Positions 30,044-41,351 of a stretch of 64,000 nucleotides of DNA are shown here, in pieces. The position numbers and the translations under genes are program-made. Location: assembly GCF_038025025.1 (NCBI RefSeq), contig NW_027117350.1, positions 558,001 through 622,000 on the forward strand. Reading direction: 5' to 3'. The notes beneath the pieces were generated by a model. It saw only the letters and a list, made by a program, of their open reading frames with translations, did not search any database and was not told the DNA's origin. The stretch comes from Phyllosticta citribraziliensis. Its lineage: Eukaryota. Each line of letters opens with the position of its first letter. The stretch's first letter is position 1.

Positions 30044-30225
30044 GCCTTCGGGCATTTGGTCAATTTGAAACGATACAGAGAAGATTAGCATGGCCCCTGC
30101 ACTAAGGATGACACGGTAAGCCTTCCACAACTCCAACATATCCCCAAATCCAACTATTCTACAACAACCAAAAGACAACCACTAACTCTCTATGTAGCTA
30201 CAGTAAAGAAAGCTACAAGTTTTTT
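30044..30225 (+). ncRNA. U6: U6 spliceosomal snRNA with an mRNA-type intron (30116-30197)
   Basis: 5' GCC-TTCG-GGC hairpin; invariant GATACAGAGAAGATTAGCATGGCCCCTGCACTAAGGATGACACG core; GTAAGC...ACTAAC...TAG intron; 3' exon ends in an oligo-T Pol III terminator. Confidence 0.95.
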
Positions 30226-33175
30226 ATCTTTTTGGCCGTCCGTTGCTCTCGAAAGGCAGCGGGCAGGCTTTTTGCTGAGCCTGCGGAGCGGTAGGCTGCG
30301 GGGAAGCGAAATTCGGGGCCTCTCGCTTACAAAGCCACAGGGCGATGTGATAGAGGACCAAAGTTAGCACCAGAGTAGACTTGAGGATGCCAAAATTGCC
30401 AAAGAGTGCTCAGCCTGGGTCTGCAATTTTGTGCATGACCAAAAATGGTGCACATCCTGTGGTTCGACTTGGGTTTATAGTTTACGACTAGTTTACGACT
30501 TAGTAACCACAGCCCCAGGCGGCACGCATCGCTTAAAACTGTTGTCGCGTGTTCGAATCTTGTTTGTGGCAAGAGCGGTAGATACCAACCCAGAAATTTA
30601 CCTATCGTCACCACGCTGCTGCAGTAGACTTATGAAAATTAATCTCAAGACTGTTATTTTACGCTTGCGATATTCGCTTAGTGGGAGGATGGCCAGGAGG
30701 GCCTACGAAAGGAAGGAGCCGAACGGAAAACCTGCTGCGCGTCGGCTACCAAAAACTCGGCCGCTCACTCCCTAGGCAGGTCCCGAGCGAAGAATGGAAC
30801 CGCTTCGGCCCGGCATGTTGCTCCAACCGCACGGGCATCCGCGACCCGACCCCAGACGTCAACATGCCCCACCCCGTCTTCTCCTCCAGTCTTCTTCAAC
30901 GCGACCCGCATGCTACCATGTCGTTCGCAATGGATTCGAATCAGCCAAACTGGGCAGCTCGGTCTGTTTGGTGTCAGGGCAATGGCGTGCTCTTCTCCGC
31001 TCTCAGAGGTCAACCTTGCCAATGATCCATCCACGCTGATGAGCGAGGACTGCGCGCAGAAAGCTTCCTCGAACGTGGTCGGTCTACCGGCTTCTGCCAG
31101 CAACTCGGGGCGCGACGGCGGTGCCTTCCTGGATGGCGTTGCCAACGAGACTTGGACGGGTGCTGATCTCGCAGAAACCTCCAACCTAGCAACCACGAAT
31201 CGTCAACTCCCAACAGCAGTGCAAGGGTCAAAGTTGACGCTCACACGATTCGCAATGCTCCCCGTCTGCTCGGCCTTGGACATATCGTACCGTCTTGAAT
31301 GCTGGAGTGCTTCGTGGCTTTTATTGGGGATGCAAAAACTCATTTGAAGGACAGGATGCTCATGCCACACAGTCTGCTCGAAGGGTTTGCAGCTATCTCG
31401 GTCCAGGGCCTGGCGGCGTCATTCTGACATCTCCTGAAGACGTCAGGCCGGAGAGAAAAAAGAAACCTCGCTTTCAGGCGAGTCTGCCACGGTGACCAGG
31501 CCAAGTGAGCACCAGGGAAACTCCTTTGACCGGGAGACAGTCTCACTCGATCCACAAGGTGTCACGGCGGGCACAACGCCTCGGACCCGAACATACTCGA
31601 CTGTGTCTTCTTGCTTGCTGGAGCCGAAAAATCTACCTGCTCCGCCGTTCCACAATCTGCATGGTATGCTCAAAACCACAGAGCCAAGACAACAGTGACT
31701 TGCCCAAATAGCGTGGCAAACGACGTGCTGAACGCGATGCGATGTCGCGAAGCCTTTGGCCTTTTGGCTACTGACCATTCGCACGGAACATCCGTCGGTG
31801 GCAGACTACGCTCAGCGCATAACCGGAACCCTCACCCGTTTTTCTGGTCGTGGAAACTCCATGCCCTTTGGAATACCAGCGGACAATCCAAATGCAAAAG
31901 AGCGGCTTAAAAGGCACCCCCATCTGCTCGAAGCGGTTAGATTCAGGGTTGAAGACTTGGCCGCGCCAGTGCTCTGGAACAGAATCATCCACGGTTGCTT
32001 CTCAAGACCTCATTCTAGGTTGTGGTCGAGAGAAAGTCGAGCTTTGGCGCTAATCCTTCGAGAATAGCGCAAGCGAAGCCGGCGCAGGCACCAGTCACGG
32101 CGTGCGCGAGGTGCGAGGTCCGAGGTGCGAGGTGCGAGAGTTCGCACGAATACTTGCTGGAGATGGTTGTAGAGCTTGCTCAGGCGCTCATGATATGGAG
32201 AAGCCAAAATATTGCAGGTACGTGTTGTTTTGTCAGACGTGGGACTAATGACTCTGCTTCTCCCCTGCGACGCTCGAATGCTTCCTGGCAGTCGTCCGTA
32301 TCTTGGAGTCCACGTTTCTTCCAGTACTGCTCCCAACTTTGCCACCAGGATTCTGTCTCTCAACCACTAAACCCGTGAAATCGTCGGCGCCATTCTCCTC
32401 CAGCACTCCACTCTGCTCACTCTGCCCCACTCCTTCCTCTGCCCTCTGTCCTCCGCCTTCCGCCCTCCGCCCTGCAACCTCCACCTTCTACCACCACACT
32501 TTCCACAGTGGCCGCCGCCCAGGTCATTCACAGCCCAGATCATACGCAGACTTCATCAGGTCTGCACTCAATTACTAGCTCGCACCCTCAAGCCTACCCG
32601 TGTCACCGTCGTCAGATCTTCGCCCGCGGTCCACTTCAACTGCAACATCAGCCCTTGGCTCGAAAATTTGAGCCCCGCTATCGACCACGGCTTTTCAGGT
32701 GAGCCAGCTGTGTATACCACTCTCAACCCGTCGCTCGCCGCCCTCCGTATGTACTGACCCATCGAATTTCAGCAGTGTGTTCTGCTCCTGATGCAGCGAT
32801 ACTCCCGCTTCACTTCACATTGAACATCAGGACCTTGGTTTGCGCCTGCAGCTTGAAACTTCAGCAGATCAATCAGCCTCACACGTCCCAAAGTTCACTC
32901 TTTGTGGGTGAGGTGGCTGTATTTACCATTGAGCCTCATAGGTATGCACAACGCGATGGTCGCCAACGACGGGTCTTCTAACCTGATCGGGTAGGTTTGG
33001 ACGGTGATTCGCCAATCAGAACCGAAGACCATTCGACCGCACGGGCCAGCCCTGGTATTCCATACTCCCTCAAACTGCCATCTTACTCCTCGCTCCGTCC
33101 CTCAATCGCTCGTCCGAACATCCAACAATCCACTAAGGCTTCCGATCACACCAGCCGCCAAGACCAGGAGCCAAC

Positions 33176-34501
33176 ATGGCTGAATCTGACGCTTCTGCAC
33201 CTGCTGCTGCGCAGACCAAAAAGCGTAGTGTATGTTCGGCCTGTCGCCTGCACCTCGTGTAAACTTAATGCTGATTGTATGTCAGGGCGATGTCCTCGTC
33301 AAAAAATCTAAACGCGTCAAGAAAGAGAGCGGCCAGAAAGAGAGTGACGAGAAAGAGCGTGTCAAGACAGAGAGAAAAGAGGTATGCGAGCGGAGAGCTC
33401 CTTCAAATAACGTTTCAACTGACTTGACGCAACAGGCCGGCACCTCCAAAACCACACCATCTAAAGGAAAACATCACGATTCTGTGGTGAGTTTCGATGT
33501 CAAAGCTTTCTTTGAAGAGCACAATGAAGATTGGCAGCGAAAGCATGAAGATGTGAGTGGGGATACTGCTTTTCATCGCCTGCTCGACATTATGTGGATG
33601 TGTACCCGAAACACAAATATTGCTAACCTGCTCTATGCAGTGGGATGGTCAAAAACGCTTAAACATACTGCTTGAAGCGGCCCGTCAGCACCATGCTGTA
33701 CAAGTTCGGGAACAGATCCAGCGCGACATGAAGGTGATTGAGAAAGCCAGCGATGCTTCTCGTCGCCTCGAGACAAATATCCAAGCCTTGAACATCCAAC
33801 ACGAGACGATTGCACTCAGCGCAAAGGTTTACGACGCCATGTCGATCGAATTCGCTTGGCAGCTCCCGGATATCGCTCAATCGGAGGAAATGCTGAAATC
33901 TGTCTGGTGTTGCACCAACCACTACGAGATTGAAGAGGAGCTTCCCGCCGTCGTAGAGAAGTTTTGGTCCCTTCTCAAGGAAAGCTCGACCTTGAAAATC
34001 ATGGCAAAGATGAGAGCGGAAGCAGAAAAACGACAGTTGAAGCTGGAGCAACAGCAGCAGGAGCTCATTGACCGCACCCACTACTCAAACACAGACTACG
34101 AGCTTTACCGTGCCATCTGCAAGGTGGAGGACGGCTTTCCCAACAAGGAAGCGAGCTTTCGCAAGCTGATAGATCCCGATCCGGAGGATGAGTGTTCGGA
34201 GGAGGATTATGAGGTGGCCAATGTCTTGACAATCATCCGACGCATCTGGCTTGGTCAGGATTCACAATTTGGCGTCCAACATCTCCTCCACGCGGTCAAG
34301 AACATGTTCGAGGACCGCAACAGGATGGTGGAAGCAATGGGTTCCGACTTGCCTTTCCGCCTTGGACAGCCGGTGGAGCCTCCGCCAAAAGTGAAGGAGG
34401 AGGACAAATCTTGTGACGAAGTGCGCAGCACACATCAACGAGACAAGATGGCGATGAGTTCAGACAGCAGGCGAACGGCCACAGGTGTATGCCAGGGTTG
34501 A
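33176..34501 (+). CDS. Hypothetical multi-exon protein with coiled-coil-like segments; 3' end uncertain
   Basis: ATG in a CCAACATGG context; GT-AG introns with branch points; long ORF 33557-34501 rich in E/K/Q. No family recognised. Confidence 0.55.
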
Positions 34502-34803
34502 TCACAGAACTATGCCCCCTAAAAGATGAAGGAGACACATTCAAAGGTGCACAAGGAAGCAAGACTGGGCTGTCACTGCACAATGCCCCAAAAATGGTAA
34601 ATGGGGTGTGAAAGAAAGGTGCACAACAAGCAGGACTGAGCTGTCGTCGGACAGTACCCCAAAACCGGTGAAATAGACAGGGCCGGAAGTTGCACAAAAG
34701 GCAGGGCAGGGTTGAGAGGGAAGCAGGACTGGGTGTCTTCTTGGGAGATGAATTATCTGCTTCGTTCCACATAAAAAATGGAGCTTGGATTTGGAATGGT
34801 AGC

Positions 34804-36070
34804 TTAGTGATTCATAATTACCACCGCAGTCCACGGACTCGACTTGACTTGACAGTGTTTTCCCCTTCGTGATGAGTGATCACTTGACAACATATTAGAG
34901 TCAAAGGCGAGCAGGAGCATCGGAATGTGGTTGGTGGAGATCTCCTGCAGAGCCGCGTGCATCCAGCGCAGTGTAGTTCCACCCTTCAACCATCTGAGCT
35001 CCATCGGAATAAGCCAGGAAGACTGCCTCATCCGAACGCAGACTACCATGCCGGCGTCTTCCACTTCAGAGGTCAAAGTCCGACTCAAAGTCCAGCCTTT
35101 CTCACCTGTCACTTCCACAAAAGAATGACCGGTAGGCCGAGCGACCTTGTGGCGCCTCGACGCACAGCCTCCACCAGCAGTGACAGGCAAGTCAGCGAGG
35201 TCAGGGACAGCGACAAAGGCCTCATGCGGCAGACGCTTCCACCGCGAACCGACGGTCTCATTCTCTGGAACATGGTCGCCTTGCGCTGCTGCAGGCCAGA
35301 CCGCAGGAAGCAACTCCAACTCCACAGAAGCCTCGGCCGCGTGGACAAAGCACGCCACGAAATATGCGCGTCAGGCGCTGAGGGTGCGAGCGAGGCGCTC
35401 GTCGACGTCGGCGGGGGGTTTCGATGATGCTGTGGAAGTCGATGCCGTTGCGCATCGTGCCGTGTATGTCGCGCGTGAGCTGGAGTCCGGCCTTGCGCTA
35501 CACGCGCATCCAGATCTGGGTCTCTCTCTGCTCGGCCGTGAGGCGGGCGATGTCGACGCGCTCGCGGGTTTCTTTTCCTCCTACCTCGGTGTTGGTCTTT
35601 TGCTTGCACCTGTAGCCAAAAGAGTGCTTCGGGTACTTGTGCAGGAGTGCGTTCATGTCTTCGGGGTTGATGTCGTGCCGGACAAAACAGACGAGAGCTC
35701 GAAGATTCAGCATCTTCTTTGACGAAGTGCCGGGCTCAGCTGTGGACACCAAAGCCTTAGTAAGCTCATGGAAACTTTGGGCGTGCTCACTCTTTCCGCA
35801 CCCCTTGTTGGCAGTGCAGTGTCCTCGCGCATGAGGTCGTCGAGATATCCCGCCGGGCCGGCAAGGGTGATCTTGCGTCCGGTCAAGATTGGGGCGCGGA
35901 AGTACTCGTCGTCGTCATTGAGGGCAGCCTCACGACTGTTGCGCCTGCGTGCGCTGCTCAGAGGAGTGGCCGCATTCCTTTACTTCTGTCAGCACTCCTC
36001 TTTCGTGTCCATACTGTTCTAGAGTGGGAGATGCTTACCGGCTTGTGCGTCTCTTTGGAGTGGAAGGCAT
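34804..36070 (-). pseudogene. Possible degenerate or orphan gene
   Basis: MPSTPKRRTS start with a clean intron at 35978-36038, followed by protein-like frames broken by a TAG at 35498-35500 and by frame changes. Confidence 0.3.
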
Positions 36071-37072
36071 GGCGGTGTTGGGAGTGAGATGGTGGGAGAT
36101 TCGTGATCCTTTCTTGACCTGACAAAGCGAGAAGACTTTCCAGGACCAGAGTACCATTGTGACTGTTCATATCACTTCACTTGGTGCGATGCGAATAACG
36201 GACACAGGCACACGCGGCAAAGCAGCATCGGAGAAAGAAAAGTGCCAGGTATATATATACTCGACTCGGCAAGGAGACAGCGGATCCTCTAGCGCCAACG
36301 TCCAAACACCAACGACCCAAGCAAGTAAAGTGGAAAAAAAGAGCCCAACGGTGTTAAAAGACTACTAAGAAAATGCCATCAAGCAATATCCCATTCGATC
36401 GAAAAGCGTCATGTACACGCGCGCACGCCGAGCATTGAGCCGCGTCGCCCGTTCAGAGCAAAGCGCGGAGCATTCGAGGCAAGGCGATGCGGTAGCAGAA
36501 GAAGAAGAAAGAGAACAAGGCCAAAGGGAACTGCAATGGCCGTGTGTGCATGCCATGACCGGCGCGCTGGGCCTCAGACCAGAAGAGTACTAAAGAAACT
36601 GGGACGGAAAAAAGAGACTAGGACGAGACGCCATCTACAAGCAACGATCTCGACGCGACCTCATCTGTCGAAGTAGGGGCGAAAGGGGAATTGAGCCATG
36701 GACGCTCCTGCATCGACGCCGGAACCAAGCCGATGGGGCGGACGAACACGCAACTGCCTTGCGAGCCCCACATTGTACACTTGGCCACGTGGGCTGTGTA
36801 TCCACATGGCGCACAAACGTCTTCGATGATGATCCCGACCCCAGATCATCGGTTCAACTTTTCCTGGTGATTTTCTTTGGCCTGGGTGCGCGCCGTTAGA
36901 CACATGCCAGCCTGGCGTTCGGTCGGGCATAGAGTAACTGTATTGGGAAAACGAGCGGACTGCAACTGGCGGGCCGCGCCTTAGGCTCGAGTTAGTGATT
37001 AAGGTTATTGGGTGGTTGGGATGAACGCTGACTAGTGCGGGAAAAGTTGTACATACCAGAAAATGCAAGCTA

Positions 37073-38191
37073 TTACTTCTGGCTTTGCGTGTAGACGACA
37101 ACACCGATGATGATGGCAATGATGATGATGAGCAAGACTGTAAGCCGAGTCAGCATGCAACAACAAGGAGTCTTGGCGACAATGCTTACTGCAGATTCCC
37201 AAGCAGTACCACTTTTTGCGATTGCGCGAGCGGGCGCTGGTAATGGCCTGGCCAATCTCGTCGTTTGCCTTTTCGACATTTTCGCGCACCTCCTCGCCCT
37301 TTTGCTCAATGTTCTCAATCAAGGGCTCCTGCTGGACAACAATCTGCTCGAGGTCCTGGAAGAGCTGCGCCAGCTCGATCATCTGCTGCTCAATCTTTTG
37401 AATCTCAAGATGACGGCCCTCGACGGCCCGGAGCGCCGACTGAGCCTGGCCACGACGATCGCTCTGCATCAACTGTGTCGCGAAACCACATTAGCGCACG
37501 TGGACCTCGGCGAGGATGGCACAACGGCCGTTGGAAAAACGGGCGGGAAGACGTACCGCTTGCTGGAAGATCTGCGTGTTCGGATCTTCAACCGCATTGC
37601 GGACCTCGTCCTCGGTAGCGTCGGGTCTAACAATTCGGTACTGGCGAGCCTGGCTCTCCTGCAAGTCCTTGCGGAACCTGCTCTCGACCTCCTGAAACTT
37701 GTTGATGGTGGCTTTGAGGCGGCGGTCCACGCGGCCGACCTGCGGCTTGTTGCGCGGATTGCCGCTCTCGGGCAGACCCTTGATTTTGCGCATGCGATCC
37801 ACCAGTCCGCGATTGCCCGTCATGACATCGTTATTGAGCGAGTCGATTTGGTTCTTGTAGACGAGGGGTTCGTTGACGGCCGACTTGTGCAGGCGCTGCA
37901 GCTGCTCGAGCTGCGAGTCGATTGAGTCGAGCGCGCGGTCGATTTGCTGACATTCGTTCAGAATGGCGTTTGGGTCCGGGGCTTGCTGCCCGTTCATGGC
38001 TTGCATCTCGTAGTCGGGCTCTGTGAAGGCTACGCTCTTAGTCGACGGTTCCGACAAGTGGAGAGGAATCGGGGCACTGTACGGTTGCTGTAGCCATTCT
38101 GGGCGCCGTAGCCAGCACCAGCGTTGTTCTCGCCGTAGGGGTTGGACTGGCCGTAGCCGCCGCCCTGGTTGTATCCGCCGTACTGAGACAT
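37073..38191 (-). CDS. SSO1: Plasma-membrane syntaxin (t-SNARE, Sso1/Sso2 type), 4 coding exons
   Basis: SNARE motif RHLEIQKIEQQMIELAQLFQDLEQIVVQQE; RQYRIVRPDATEDEV; ARSRNRKKW followed by a C-terminal transmembrane segment. Confidence 0.92.
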
Positions 38192-38745
38192 GTCGTTAGA
38201 ATTGGCGAGGAGATGGGGGGATGGGAGGGAATAAATGTCGGCGTCGGTGGTTGGGAGAGCTCACACTCATGTTGGATAGAAGAAGCCGGCGGGCGGTTGT
38301 GAGGCAGGTATGGTATTAGGACGGTTTTGTGCGGCTAGGTCGAGGCCAGGTTTGAAGGCAGCAGCGGTAACAGACAAAGAGGAAAGGAGCGTGGGGTGAT
38401 GATGCGCCGGACGAAAGAGGGTAGTGCGGCTGAGAAGGGCTGCTAAAGAGCGACTGGACGGGTGTGGTAGGATGGTTCACTGTTGGTTGGTTCAGGTTGG
38501 CTTAGTTGACTGCAGTGGAGAGGGACCCGGACGGCGAAACTCGACTGGCGACATGGAAGGCGCTGCCTGCCTCAGGCTGTTGTGTAGGAAGCCCCTGGCT
38601 CCGGCTCCATCCAGACGTCGCCCCCGGTCGGCGGTGCCCGTGCCACACGAGGCCAAGGATGCCCCTAATTTTGGCTCCCCGTCGTTCCGCAACACCAACC
38701 ACCCACGTCCAATCCTAACCGCCCCCAACCGCTATTCTACTCTAC

Positions 38746-40298
38746 CTACGCCGACTTGCCCCATCGCGTCCGCTCATCGCCGCCCTCCCACGTCTTCTCC
38801 ACGTATCCTAGCCGCCGCTTCACTTCCGCCACCTTGTCCTTGTCGCCCGTGTTTTTTCCAATGTTGTCGCTGATCTTGACCGCCGGCCTGCCCTCCGCCG
38901 ACGCGATCTTGATGACAATGTTCAGCGGCACCGACTTTTGTCCCGTCGACACGCGCTCATAATCGTCTGCGCCAACCTGTCAGCCTACTCTCCACAACCT
39001 CAAACGCGGCACTCACTGGTCAGAAAAGTCCCGACGCCAAATGTCGGCTGCAAGCCCTCTGCTTCGGCCAGCTTCTTGTACTCCAAGCACAACTCAATGT
39101 TTAGCGAGTCGGAAAACACAATGACCTTCTTCTCCTTGATGCCCTGGCTGTCGTAAAACTCTCGCATCGTCTTTATGAAGCCCCTCGGATCGCCCGAGTC
39201 CTGGCGCACTCCGGTAAAGACGCGTGCATAGGATGGCAGATCCTTCGTATCCCTCTGCTCATCCGCAGCAGGGGCCGCAATCGGTGGTTTGGTGTCGCAG
39301 ACTTCTGTCGCGTCTGATGAGGCACTCGTGGTTGCTGCACCCCGCTCGGCAGCAGTGTAGGCGGGTATGCGCTTGCCAAAGGCACGCAGGAACGCTGGCG
39401 TACCAAACGTGTCGGTCAGGGCGATGCCGAGCACGCCCTCGCCAAAGGTACCAACCCAATACCGCAAGGCCGTCTCGTTGGCCTGCTCGTAGTCGTTTGT
39501 GATGGCCGCGATGCCCATGAACCATTCATGCGCAACGGTTCCCACCGGAGGGATGCCATACTTCATGGCAAAATGGACGTTGCTCGTGCCCGACAGCTTG
39601 CCCTCGTACCCCTTGTCCTGCCCCTCGTTGGCAGCCTGTAGCAAGCCCTGGAGCACAGTATCCTGCGTGTGGTAGTCCCGCCGCCTCCTGCTTCCAAACT
39701 CGGAAAAGATGCACCCATTCTTGAGAAGTTGGACGCCCTTGTGGCGCGCCTTTTCTAGTTGCCCGTCATAGTTCCAGTCCTTGTCGCAGAACTTGAAGTA
39801 TGCCTCACTGATGAGAGCCAGCAGCGGAATCTCATACAAGATCGTCTCCACCCACAATCCTTCCGTGTGAAGTCCCAGATCGCCCACGTCACCGTCTGCG
39901 CCGGTGTCGTCATCCGCCTGGAACGAAAGCTGGATCTGCCGGTCGGGATGGAACCGAAACTTGGACAGGTAGTCGATGTACGGCTTGGTGAGGTAGGTGC
40001 ACGTCGTCTCGAGGTAGCGCAGCTCGTCGGCGGAGAGTGTTAAATTGGCAAGCTTGTCAATCTGCGCCTGCAGCCAGCGGTAAGCTTCGCGGGTGAAGCG
40101 CATATGAGGAGTTCGATTTGTGAAGCTGTATGTGACGTGGACTTGGGAAAAGTACTTGAGGACGCAACATTGCATCGTCAATTTGTAGAGGTCGCTACTC
40201 GGAAGTCAAGGTTTGTTCACTCGGATTCATTGCTCCGGTACTTACGTATCGAGGAGGGACATGATGCCTTCGGGCAGTGTATCGGCGTCGGAACCCAT
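38746..40298 (-). CDS. NPT1: Nicotinate phosphoribosyltransferase, 3 exons
   Basis: SLLDTDLYKLTMQ, EFGSRRR, GTSNV, GTVAHEW, LTDTFGT, GVRQDSGDP, FSDSL and KISDNIGKNTG motifs. Confidence 0.96.
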
Positions 40299-40631
40299 GG
40301 TGATGGCGGGTTGTGAGGTGGTGAGGACGAGGCTGGAGGCGGAGGAGTAGAAGTTATAGAATGAGGGCTGCCGCGTAATGGTGGAGGGGTATCTCAACAG
40401 TCCAATGTGAAATCTGGTATCCACATCCCACCTCAGGCCCAGCGGGATTCGGAGATAAGATCTGTTATCTGTCCCGTCTTGGCGGCATGTCGCCATGCAG
40501 GTCCATTCGAGGCTCAATTCCACGGATGGCGTGCTCGACTCAAACTCGACTTCATATAAAAACCATTCATCCATCATTCAACATTGCTATTCTTCTTGTG
40601 CATCGTACCAATGCGCCATCCCCCAACATCT

Positions 40632-41351
40632 CTACTGCGGCACCTTCCTGAAATCAATGTACTTTGGCTCGCCAAACGTCTCCCTGACTTCCGGCACAGC
40701 CAACACCCGCTCGAACCAGCTCACAACATTGGGGCACTCAGTCCTCTGCTTCTCGTCGATGACGTGTGCAAACGGCCAAAGCAGCGAGCTCGCCAAGCTG
40801 ATATCCGCCAGACTGAACTTGTCCGTCGCGACCCACTGCCTGCCCTTGAGGTGCCTCTCGAGCCCGACGAGTCCCTTCACAATCGTCGCAACGCCGTCGT
40901 TCTCCACCTTTTCGTCGTACGGACGAATGCCGAAGCGCCAGGCAATGAGGGGGATGAAGGGCATGAAGATGTCGCCCTCGCCGTAGCAGATCCACTGCCT
41001 CACGCGCGCGCGCTCCAGCGCGCTCTCGCCGAGCAGCTGCGACGCCTTGGGGCCCGACTCGGCGACGTACTGCGCAATGGCGTCCGAGTCTGCAATGGGG
41101 TTGCCGTCGGCGTCTTCAAACGCGGGCACCTTGCCGGCGGGCCATTTGGCCAGGAATTCGGGCGTCTTGTTGGTCTCGTTTATCTTGAAGTCGGCGGGAA
41201 CTTCAATGTCGAGGCCATTGAGCTTGGCAACAGCAAGAATCTGCGTCTATGAGATTGCATGCCTTTCCAAGCATCTGGAACGACTTACCTTGCTAACTTT
41301 GGGAGAGGGGGCGTAGCTGTAAAGCTTGCCGAAAGGAGCCACGCTGCCCAT
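40632..41351 (-). CDS. Glutathione S-transferase, EF1B-gamma-like; 2 exons
   Basis: APFGKLYSY, KTPEFLAKWPAGKVPAFE, DSDAIAQYVA and FSLADISLA motifs; lacks the EF1B-gamma C-terminal domain. Confidence 0.87.

Noticed and set aside
32105..32140. GAGGT(G/C)C 7-mer repeats, and the 9-mer repeat at ~5927-5955, as CRISPR-like arrays
   Set aside because: Short tandem repeats without spacers in a eukaryote; the 9-mer simply encodes (PRD)n in velC.
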